Positions 1-10,000 of a stretch of 64,000 nucleotides of DNA are shown here, piece by piece (the first letter of the stretch is position 1; each line of letters begins with the position of its first letter). The notes under the pieces are model-generated. The model did no database searches. It saw only the letters and a list, made by a program, of their open reading frames with translations, and was not told where the DNA came from. Source of the DNA: an uncultured Bacteroidales bacterium (GTDB taxonomy: Bacteria; Bacteroidota; Bacteroidia; Bacteroidales; Paludibacteraceae); NCBI GenBank assembly GCA_902782665.1, contig CACZOA010000094.1, positions 10,028-74,027 of the forward strand, given 5' to 3'. The position numbers and the translations under genes are program-made.

Positions 1-343
1 TTTTCACGAAGACGTTGATCGTATCCGACGTCAGAATACGGAATGAGTGTGTCACTCCTATATTAAGAGTTCCGCATTTCATATTCATAAGGTCGTTCAT
101 CTTGTAGACGCAATTGTCCGCGTCTTCTATTGTTCTCTTCGCATACGGAAGCAATGCGTCTCCTGCCTCAGTCAACCCCACATTATGATTGTTCCTATTG
201 AATAGTTTCGCACCAAGTTCATCTTCTAATTTTTTCAAACTCTGAGAAAGGGCACTTTGTGTAGCGTAAAGTTCTTTTGCTGCTAACGAAAAACTGCAAG
301 TCTCTGCAATTTTAACGAATGCTCTCAATTGTCTTAGTTCCAT
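1..343 (-). CDS. LysR-family transcriptional regulator, N-terminal part (gene runs off the window start)
   Basis: Reverse-strand translation from ATG (343-341) reads MELRQLRAFVKIAETCSFSLAAKELYATQSALSQSLKKLEDELGAKLFNRNNH..., the typical LysR wHTH. The frame stays open to position 1. It is absent from the ORF track because it is truncated. Confidence 0.85.
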   Translation of the reverse strand, partial: MELRQLRAFVKIAETCSFSLAAKELYATQSALSQSLKKLEDELGAKLFNRNNHNVGLTEAGDALLPYAKRTIEDADNCVYKMNDLMNMKCGTLNIGVTHSFRILTSDTINVFVK

Positions 344-838
344 ACCTTCTAATAATCTTCAAGTGCAAATTTAGTGCTTTTATATTCATTGTGGGTATGG
401 TGTGTATTAATTCTGCTAATCATGACTATAAGAAAATGATATAATTGGCGAATTTTGCTTATAGCAACTATCAATAAAACTCATAACAAAATCTGAAATC
501 GCATTCAAATCTGCTCTACTTTTGCATCAGTGAACAAAACGGAAGCGTTATGATGTGGAACGCAATTGGATTGATCCTTTTCTTCTTCCATATCGTGACA
601 ATGCCGGAAAGAAAAAAATGATTAATAACTAAAAAACATAGATAAAATAAAAAAAAACTCATGGTTTCATTATTAGTTGTAGTCGCTTCTCTATTTGTGT
701 GGAGAGCCGTCTCGAAGATTTCAGCGTGTGGAAAGAATAACGGTTTCGTTATTGATGGAGATTCTGTTGGTATCGTATTGTCCAAAAAGTTTATCCCTGT
801 AACAACAACAGAGTCGTCAAATTTCCAATACAAGTATT

Positions 839-2530
839 ATGGACTTTTCTTGGCTGACTAATTTGTTTACCAGCAATGAGTCTGTTGCCCATATCGCCTT
901 GCTTTATGCCATAGTGATATCAACAGGTATCTACCTTGGTAAAATCAAGGTTATGGGCATCTCTTTGGGTGTAACTTTCGTTCTGTTCACAGGAATCCTG
1001 GCAGGTCATCTGAAGATTACCGCACCTGTGAGCATACTCACGTTCATACAGGATTTTGGATTGATTCTGTTTGTTTTTATGATCGGACTGCAAGCTGGTC
1101 CCGGATTCTTCAACAGTTTCAAAAAGGGTGGGGTGACGATGAACAAGCTTGCAATGTTGACGATTTTGCTCAATGTGTTGGTGATGTTCGGATGCTATTA
1201 TTGCTTTTTCGACACGACTGACGAAGATAATCTGCCGATGCTGGTCGGAACTCTGTTTGGCGCGGTTACGAACACTCCAGGACTTGGTGCTGCGAGTGAG
1301 GCTCTTACTACCGTCTTCACAGATGGGAATGCTCCTTTGATCGTAAACGGATATGCATGTGCCTATCCTTTGGGTGTGGTCGGAATCATCCTGGCTACTA
1401 TTGCCATCCGATTCATCACAAAGACTGATTTGACTCAGGCGGAAAAGGAGTTGGATTCAGATGTTGAGGAGACGGATTTGAAACCGGAAAAACAATGTAT
1501 CATTTTGAAAAACAACAATTTTGATGGTAAAACATTGAAAGAGTTGCGTCATACTTTGGATAAGGAATTTGTTTGCTCTCGTCTACTTCATGATGGAGTG
1601 ATGATTTTTCCATGTGGTTCGACAAGAATATACCTTGGTGATGTACTTTTCATAGTCAGTATGGAGAGTGAGGCGGATGCGCTTGTCACTATTCTTGGAG
1701 AAAAATGTGAGATGGATTGGGATGATGTAGGTGAGGGTAAACTGATTTCTAAAAGTGTGGTGGTTACAAATCCTAAGATAAATGGCCGAACATTAAGGAA
1801 AATGCATCTTAACAGGTTGTATGAGGTTAATGTCACTCGTGTCAATCGAGGTGGAATAGTGTTATTCGCGTCTCCATCACTTGAATTGAAAGTGGGAGAT
1901 AAGGTGAGAGTCGTGGGACGTGAGGATGCGGTAGAGAGGGTCCGCAAACTGTTTGGTGATTGTGTCAAGACACTCCATGCTCCGAATATCGCCACTATCT
2001 TTATCGGTATTTTTGTGGGAATAATTTTCGGAAGCATTCCGATTTCCATTCCGTCGATGCCTGTGCCATTGAAACTTGGTATAGCTGGAGGACCGTTGAT
2101 CATAGCTCTTTTGATCGGACGTTTCGGTCATAAGATCGGACTTGTGACATACACAACGACGTCGGCTAATCTTATGCTCAGAGAGATCGGACTTGTGCTT
2201 TTCCTTGCCTCTGTGGGAATCAAGGCAGGAGACAGTTTCATAGATACGGTGGTTGCTGGCGACGGTGCTTTATATGTGCTGAGTGGATTGCTCATCACCG
2301 TGATTCCGATATTGATTGTCGGTACTATCGCAAGATTACACAATAAACTAAACTACTATACAATAATGGGAATGCTAGCTGGCACATATACGGATCCGCC
2401 AGCACTAGCTTACGCAAACAGTGTCTGTATGAAAGATGCTCCTTCGGTTGGTTATTCCACAGTCTACCCATTATCGATGTTTTTGAGAATATTAACAGCA
2501 CAGCTAATTGTGCTATTGGCTTGTGGGTAA
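839..2530 (+). CDS. YidE/YbjL-type (aspartate:alanine exchanger family) transporter with two central RCK-C/TrkA-C domains
   Basis: 563 aa with hydrophobic N- and C-terminal halves duplicated around a soluble ~170-aa middle (LKELRHTL...VGDVLFIV..., GRTLRKMHL...VGDKVRVVG), as in the YidE/YbjL family. Confidence 0.75.
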   Translation: MDFSWLTNLFTSNESVAHIALLYAIVISTGIYLGKIKVMGISLGVTFVLFTGILAGHLKITAPVSILTFIQDFGLILFVFMIGLQAGPGFFNSFKKGGVTMNKLAMLTILLNVLVMFGCYYCFFDTTDEDNLPMLVGTLFGAVTNTPGLGAASEALTTVFTDGNAPLIVNGYACAYPLGVVGIILATIAIRFITKTDLTQAEKELDSDVEETDLKPEKQCIILKNNNFDGKTLKELRHTLDKEFVCSRLLHDGVMIFPCGSTRIYLGDVLFIVSMESEADALVTILGEKCEMDWDDVGEGKLISKSVVVTNPKINGRTLRKMHLNRLYEVNVTRVNRGGIVLFASPSLELKVGDKVRVVGREDAVERVRKLFGDCVKTLHAPNIATIFIGIFVGIIFGSIPISIPSMPVPLKLGIAGGPLIIALLIGRFGHKIGLVTYTTTSANLMLREIGLVLFLASVGIKAGDSFIDTVVAGDGALYVLSGLLITVIPILIVGTIARLHNKLNYYTIMGMLAGTYTDPPALAYANSVCMKDAPSVGYSTVYPLSMFLRILTAQLIVLLACG

Positions 2531-2604
2531 AATTAAAACCAATTTTTGATATTTGTAAGGAGGACGAGGGTTGTGAAATTCTCGTTTTTTTTATGCTCCT
2601 CCTC

Positions 2605-3171
2605 TCAACCATTTTTTTCTCTTCCGAATAATTTTCCTAGTATCGCACCGCTACATCCTCCTATGATATGGCCGAAATGGGAAACATTATCTGCGACGAA
2701 GAGTCCATCCATCACCTCTTTGCCGATATAGCAGATGAAGACGAGGATGAATGTGAAAGGAATCTCTCCCGACTTACACATTGTGAGCGACGACATGATG
2801 ATGCACATGAACACTATTCCTGATGCTCCAACAATTCCCGTCGGCAAAAACAATGCGTTCAAAATTCCGGTGATGAATGCTGTTGCGAAGATCATTCCAA
2901 TCAGAGATAAACTTCCGTATTTCTCTTCCAAAAGAGGCATCAGCAGAAGAAGATAAATCGCGTTGCCGAAAAAGTGGCTGAAATTTGCGTGGCAGAAAAT
3001 ATGGGTGAAATACCCCATAAGAATCATCGGATTCGCCGACAAAACAGGTTTGCAACTAAATATATTGTTCACAACTCCCAGTGTCAGGTAGTTGCCGATT
3101 GTCGCTGCCAACATCAGTGCCAAGAATGTGATGGTCACTGGAGCGTTGAATGTAACTTTTATTCTGCTCAT
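2605..3171 (-). CDS. rhomboid-family intramembrane serine protease
   Basis: 188 aa and polytopic. Contains GASGIVF (GxSG catalytic Ser) and a downstream HFGHIIGG (catalytic His helix). Confidence 0.8.
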   Translation of the reverse strand: MSRIKVTFNAPVTITFLALMLAATIGNYLTLGVVNNIFSCKPVLSANPMILMGYFTHIFCHANFSHFFGNAIYLLLLMPLLEEKYGSLSLIGMIFATAFITGILNALFLPTGIVGASGIVFMCIIMSSLTMCKSGEIPFTFILVFICYIGKEVMDGLFVADNVSHFGHIIGGCSGAILGKLFGREKNG

Positions 3172-3194
3172 TTTTGATTTTGATTTTATTGATG

Positions 3195-3202
3195 CAAACT
3201 TA
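3195..3202 (-). promoter_or_regulatory. Bacteroidetes -7 promoter box (TAAGTTTG on minus strand) upstream of the rhomboid gene
   Basis: The plus strand reads caaactta, whose reverse complement is TAagTTTG (TAnnTTTG consensus). It lies 24 nt upstream of the ATG at 3171. Confidence 0.45.
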
Positions 3203-3654
3203 CAATAAATTTTGGAATGCGGAATGTTACCTCTGCATTTAATTGGGGAATTGTGTCTGATATGGAAATCTATATGTTAAATCGATTGACGAGTTTCGGG
3301 TGTCAAAGGAATCTAAACAAATTTTTCTTATAAATTAAGTTTTAGGTGCAAAAATATTAGAAAATATTGTCTGTAAAACTAAAGTTTTTTAACTTTGTAA
3401 GCAATATGGATTAGGATGATGAATTTAAGCAAAAACATACTGCCTGGAGTAGTTTCAATCTATGATCTAAAGAATTCTTTGGATTGTGATGGATATGACT
3501 CTAATCCTGACTTTATAATATTGAAGATAAAGCCTATCACTGCCTATTTTGACGGTGCGTTGGAGATGTCGGACCTAATAAAGTACGGAAACGGGTGGAT
3601 GCTATAAGTTCAGAGTGGATTAGAAGAAGGTGAAAGAGAAAAAAATAAAGTTAA

Positions 3655-4080
3655 ATGAGAATTCGCTTATTTCTATGTATTTGTCTTTGTGCAACACTTT
3701 CCGCACAAACCGTCCATTTTGTTTATGATAATGCGGGGAATCGTACAGCAAGGTACATTGATATGTCTAATAATCGTGATGGTGGAGTCGTTAATGAAGA
3801 GGATGAATCCAGAAGAGAGATAAATGATTCGTTGGCGTCGAATCATATTCATATTTATCCTAATCCTACCGACGGACACCTTAGCGTTAGAATAGACAGT
3901 TTGAAAAAAGACCAGAGTGCATATGCTCTACTTATAGATACATACGGAAAAAACATTGTTTACCAATACGCAGACAAAAATGATGTCACTATTGATTTTT
4001 CCGATAGAGATCCAGGAATATACATTTTGCGAATAGAGATTGACAATCTCAGCACGGAATGGAAAATAATTAAAAAATAA
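3655..4080 (+). CDS. small secreted protein: signal peptide + single RHS/YD repeat + T9SS type-A C-terminal sorting domain
   Basis: MRIRLFLCICLCATLSAQ signal peptide, then HFVYDNAGNRTARY (YD-repeat consensus). The C-terminal ~75 aa read IYPNPTDGHLSVRI...GIYILRIEIDN...WKIIKK, matching the T9SS CTD motifs. The stop is 4 nt before the Rhs ATG. Confidence 0.8.
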   Translation: MRIRLFLCICLCATLSAQTVHFVYDNAGNRTARYIDMSNNRDGGVVNEEDESRREINDSLASNHIHIYPNPTDGHLSVRIDSLKKDQSAYALLIDTYGKNIVYQYADKNDVTIDFSDRDPGIYILRIEIDNLSTEWKIIKK

Positions 4081-4084
4081 GAAG

Positions 4085-7000
4085 ATGATTCAGAAAATCC
4101 TTTTGTTGGTGTGGTCTTTATTATTTACCTCCGTTTGGTTGTCTGTCGCACAGAATCCGTCAGCTCAACCAGAAGGCGGGGACAGTTCTATTCCCGACTT
4201 TGAGAAAGGAGTTTATATGATGCCAGACGGCACCCCTACAGACGACAAGGCTCAAGGTGTTGTGTTTGGCAAAATAGGAAGTATCCTCAACGTCAGTGCA
4301 AATGGTTCCTTGATGTATCAAATTCCGATAGAAGTGCCATCTGGAGTCAATGGAATGAACCCGAGTATACAGCTTGTCTATAATTCACAGGCAGGCAACG
4401 GAATTGCTGGATACGGATTCAATCTTTCGTGTGTGTCGTCAATATACAGAGCAAGAAAGAATATGTTCTCTGATGGAAAACCGGACGCAATCCATTTGAC
4501 GGACGAGGACAATATCGAGTTGGATGGAGCAAGACTTATATTGACATCCGGAAATAATTTGGCTGACGGCTCGAAGTACCGCACTCAAGAAGAGACGTAC
4601 TGTGACATAACATTTCACAGTGGAGACGACAAGGATGGCTCTTACTTCAGTGTTGTGACAAAAGAGGGTGTCACGATGGTCTATGGAGCGTCGGGCGATG
4701 CAAGAGTAGAATCTCAGACATCCGGTGTGCCGTTGATTTGGCTTTTGACAAAAGTGACGGATCAAAATGGAAACTACATGTCATATGAGTATGGATTGGA
4801 CGATGAGAATGGCGAGTTTTGGCTGTCCAAGATACTCTACACTGGCAACGAGAATGCCAAAGTTGCACCTACTTGTGCCGTGGATTTCACCTACGACTCC
4901 GACCGAAAGGACTCAAGACTGCAATTCACTGCAGGCTCTAAATTGTCATCATCAAAACTGTTGAGAACCGTCGAAGTGAAGGCAAACGGCAAGCTTCTTA
5001 AAACATATACACTGTCTTACTTTTTTGACGGCTTTTACAACAAATTGAAATCCATTACTTTATCCAACGATAATGAGGAGAGTTTAGCTCCAATTGTCCT
5101 AAACTGGAGTAGTCTGGACAAAATCAGCGAATCTGCTCATAAAATTGAGAAGTCCGTCTTCGTCCCATTTGCAGAGGATGATGATTGTTATGATGAATAT
5201 AGTGTTTTGGTGGATGATTTCAATAATGACGGAATTTCCGATTTCATAAAGACTAACTCGGACATTCCAACTGGATTTTCTGCTATTGAAGGTGTCATTG
5301 TTGAATGGAATTTGTATTTATCCAGGAAGACGGAATCAGGTGTCATGTATGAAAAGGCAATGGAAGTGCCAATGGATTATTTTATAGGTGCATTGTTGCT
5401 TCATTCTTTGGACATTAATAAAGACGGAAAGAAAGACCTGATTGAAGTCAAAAGATCTGGTTCGTATTATTGGGTAGATGTCCTTTTGAACGATGGAGAA
5501 GGAACGTTCATCAGACAAAATTTTGAGACGGAGATCGCCCTTACAGACTCTGACCAATCGCAGCTTGAATTCAATGATTTTGACGGTGATGGATTCGTAG
5601 AGATGTTGGTGTTGCACAAAGAAGAGACAGAGATGTACGAAGATGTGGACTTCGCCGACTTGTACAAGATAGACTTTGAAGGCAAACATTTTTCTAAAAT
5701 ATCATCGTTTTCATATAAAAGTCAGTATTTAGCGGTGGACTCCAGATATTCCATAACAGATCTGAATGGAAACGGACTGCCGGAAATTTATAATAGAGCC
5801 TCTCATAAGGCATTTGAGTTCGACTCCAACACAAAAAACTTTGAAAAAATAGACTTCGAGGAGATACCGTTATATTTGGATATGGATGCCGGAGCCGACT
5901 TCGTTGACATCAATGGCGACGGATATACGGACGCTATTGCAGTTTCCCAATATGAAAACAAATGGAAAATCATGCTGTCGACTGGAACTGGGTTTGTGGA
6001 AATACCATGCCCACTCAAAATGGAGTGTGAAAAAACTAGTCCATATGTAGTAGATTGCATTGCTAAAGGTAAACGTTTTTATGCGGACTACAATAATGAC
6101 GGAACTCTCGACATTTTGGAAATCATCAATGACGAACTGACATTCCATTATTTCACAGGCAGTGGATTTGTATCAAAAAAATACTCGCAGTATGAGTTGC
6201 CAGACATTTTGACTAACAAACTGTACTATAACAAACATATACCGTTTTATGACATCACTGGCGACGGTGTGACAGACCTTATGTCGCTCTCAAAAAATGG
6301 GCTTGACGTTCATTTAGTCCACACACCAGAAATTGGCCGATACTTGTCTCAAATCAACGATGGGCTCATGTCGGTCCACACGGTGGATTACAAGACTCTG
6401 TCTGATCCAGTCACCTACCAGTCTGGTCAAAATGAGAGATCTTCCGAGGTGACGCAGCTTTGCATCCCTATCCATGTTGTTAGTCAGGTAACGACAGAAT
6501 CAAGAAATTATGAAAGCACGGAAAAATATTATTACAAAGGTTTGAGATTCCATCAAGAAAAGGGGATATTGGGCTTTGAAGAATTTACGCAAGACAACGA
6601 GACACTCAACAAAAGGAAGACAATCAAGTATGCCTACGATACCATCTTGTTTAATCCTCATCCTGTGGAGGAAACAACTTCCACCTCTGTCACAGACAGA
6701 CCGATAGAGAATGTTGTATTTGAATATAAGACAGAAAATCTAGGAACAAAGTCGGGGAAGCGGTGTTTCAAATACGTGGCAAAGAAGACAGTCACAAACC
6801 GTCTGACAGGCATGACAACTGTTATCGAAGCGTCGGACTATGAGGATGGAAATCCTCAAAAAATAACCACCACGCAAGGAAATGTTGTCGAGGAAAAGAC
6901 CATGACATACGAGAGAAAAGGATCATGGTGCAAAAATAGGGTGAGCTGCTTGACGACCAAAATGATTGCTGACGGCCAGGAACAAGTGCGTAAGGTGTTG

Positions 7001-10000
7001 TCTTTTTATGACGACAGGGGCAACCAGACGAAAGAGATTGCCGATCCGGACGACGAAAATGAATTTGTTACAGAATACAAGAACATCAACCATTTCGGAC
7101 AGGCTCTTTTGGTTGAGCGTTCGGCAAACGGTACAACACGTCGCTCTCAATTTGAATACTGTCCTTCGGGAAGGTTCATGACTGCCAAGACGGATGAAAT
7201 GGGCGACAGATATGAGTATGACTGGGATGAGAACACCGGTTTGTTGAAGAGTAAGACGGACCGTAAAGGCACAGTCCGCTTCTCCTATGACGGATTTGGC
7301 AATCTGACGGAGACTAATTTTGCAGATGGAATAACAGAGACAAGCGTTACAAGATGGGCAACGCAAGAAAACAGTCTGGGAGCAAAATATTACACCTATC
7401 ACGTTAAATCGGGAAGTGCCCCCGTCGTCACGTGGTATGACAATGTTGGCAATGAGGTGCTTAAAGAGACATTCGGACTGAATAACAAAAAAATCAGTGT
7501 CTTTACACAATATAATTCGGATGGAACGAAAAGCAGAGTGTCTGCACCTACATTCTCCTCAGATCCGCAAAGCTGGGCGACTGTATATTCCTACGATGAA
7601 TACGGAAGAGTCACCAGTCTGATAACACCAGCTGGAAAAAGCACCACCAAATATGAGAAAACTTCCACCACGACAGTATCGCCGGAAGGGAGAAAGAAGA
7701 TGAACTATGACGCTTCGGGAAGGGTTGTTAGCATAGAGACAAACGGCAAATCAGTAAGTTACGAGTATTATCCATCAGGAAAGATTAAGACCTCCACTCC
7801 TGAGGGTGGCACCTCTATCAGTGTCGAGTATGACTTGCAGGGAAGACGCACAAGACTGACTGATCCAGACGGTGGAGTACAGGAGACCAAATATAACGGT
7901 TTTGGCGAACTGCTGTGGTCGGGGCAGAGTGTTCATAAAAAAGGAGACACCATAGCCACAGAATACTCATACGCCGAAAACGGCTTGCTGCTTAGCAAGA
8001 CGACAAACGGAAAGACAACCAGCTACGACTATGATAGTCACAACCGCATCGTCGCCATAGAAATTCAGGGTGAGCACAGGCAGTCGTTCTCATACGACGA
8101 GTTTGACCGTGTTGTAAGACAGAAGGAGGAGATAGACGGCAAAATGTTTGAAAGCCGAAAAGAGTACGACGAGTTTGGACGTGTAAGGAAAGAAACATAT
8201 CCGTCTGGATTCTTCACCGTCAACCACTATGACCGCAACGGCATCTTATACGAGGTGACAGACAGTTTGGATCGGTCTGTCTGGAAACTTTTAGAAGAGG
8301 ATGCGTATGGTCAGAGCCTCCGAACGCAAAAGGGAGCCAGGGAGAGCGTTTTTGGATATGACGAGCAAGGGCACACCCTCTCCGTCTATGCAGAAGGTGT
8401 GGTGGACATGCTGTACGCCTATGATTCAAGAGGCAACCTTGAGTCGAGAACAGACAATATGACGAGCCAGCAGGAGATGTTCGGCTACGACGATATGAAC
8501 CGTCTGACAAACTGGGATATCTACCGTGACGGCACCTTGGTGAAGGAAAATAGTCTGACTTTTGACGGGCAGGGTAATATAAAGACGAAGAGCGATCTGG
8601 GCGACTGTGTGCTGAACTACGGAGACAACGGCAGACCTCACGCATTGACATCCATCGAAGGAGCTGTGACAGGCATTCCCGTCACAAAACTGACGCTCGC
8701 CTACACAGATTTTCAAAAGGTTGAGAAAATTGAGGAGGGGAACAAGAGCTATGGCATATTCTATGGTGTCGACGAACATAGACGCAAATCCGTCTATATG
8801 GAAAACGGCAAGACAAAACGTGTCCGCTATTATTTCGGAAATTACGAAGAAGAGACAGATTCCATTGGTAATGTCCGAAAAATTCACTACCTTGCAGGCG
8901 GAAGTCTGTTCATACAGAATTGCGGCAACGATTCCCTGCTGTATGCCTACCACGATTTCCAGGGCTCTTTGATAGCTTTGACGGATGAAGACGGCAATGT
9001 GCTTGAGCGATATGCGTACGACCCTTGGGGAGCACGTCGAAATCCCGAGAAATGGGAAGAGAAGGATCAGCGTACGAAACTTCTGACAGACAGAGGCTAC
9101 ACCGGTCATGAGCATATTGATGCGTTTGCCATCATCAACATGAACGGACGCATCTACGATCCGCTCACAGCCACATTCTTCTCCGTCGACCCATACGTGC
9201 AGTCGCCAGATGATTGGCTCAACTACAACCGCTATGCCTACTGCATGTTCAACCCGTTCCTGTATGTGGATCCGAGCGGCTACACTTGGTTCAGCAAGTT
9301 AGGAAACTGGTTTAGAAACAACTGGGAAAGCATAGTCACGACAGTAGTGACGGTCGCTGTCGGAGTTGCAGTCGGAGCCGCTGTGGTAGCTTCATGTGGA
9401 ACAGCCGCTCCATTGTTGGTGGCGGTATGTGCTGGAACAGCCGCAGGATTTGCAGGAGGAGTGACCAGCGGAATCCTGTCCGGTCAAGATCTAGGCGGCG
9501 TTATGAAGTCTGGACTTATAGGAGCTGGCACCGGGCTGGTTTTCGGAGCGTTGGGAGGAGTCGCATCCACGTTTGCACCGGCAGGAGCATTGTGGGGCAG
9601 TCTTTATGGAGCAGGCACTGGCTCCGTAATTGGCGGTGTGGGCAGTGTCATGACGGGAGGCGACATAAAAGAAGGAATAATCTTTGGTGCCGCGACAGGA
9701 CTTGTCGGAGGAGGCATCCAAGGCTATTGCTCAGCCAAGAGTCAGGGGCTTAATCCATGGACGGGAAAGGAAATAATGCCGAAGATACCGAATTATGATT
9801 TAACACTGGAAACTGGAGATTTTGCTGAGAATGTGACGTTGTATAGAAAAACGTCGGGAAGTGAAGGAAAACCAGGTTATTTGTTCATGACTGACAACTA
9901 TGAGTATGCTCAATCATATGTTCAAAATGGTGGTTCTGTTGAATGTGTGGTTTTACCAAGATCAGCAATCTATGTTATGTCTAATAATGGTTCGGGTGAT

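Noticed and set aside
516-861. Two overlapping small ORFs (105 aa minus strand, 66 aa plus strand) between the LysR gene and the transporter.
   Set aside because: They sit in an AT-rich divergent promoter region, overlap each other, and have implausible sequences.
3416-3607. 63-aa ORF upstream of the T9SS-CTD mini-gene.
   Set aside because: It has no signal peptide, motif or recognisable promoter, and it lies in an AT-rich spacer. It could be real but is unsupported.
6923-9115. Antisense ORFs of 195, 143 and 229 aa inside rhs.
   Set aside because: They lie entirely within a gene whose sense frame has unmistakable YD repeats, and their composition is typical of antisense noise.
9394-9753. 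119-aa alternative-frame ORF (Arg/Trp/Ser-rich) inside the rhs Gly-zipper region.
   Set aside because: It is a by-product of the GGN/GCN-rich coding sequence in the true frame and has no independent signals.
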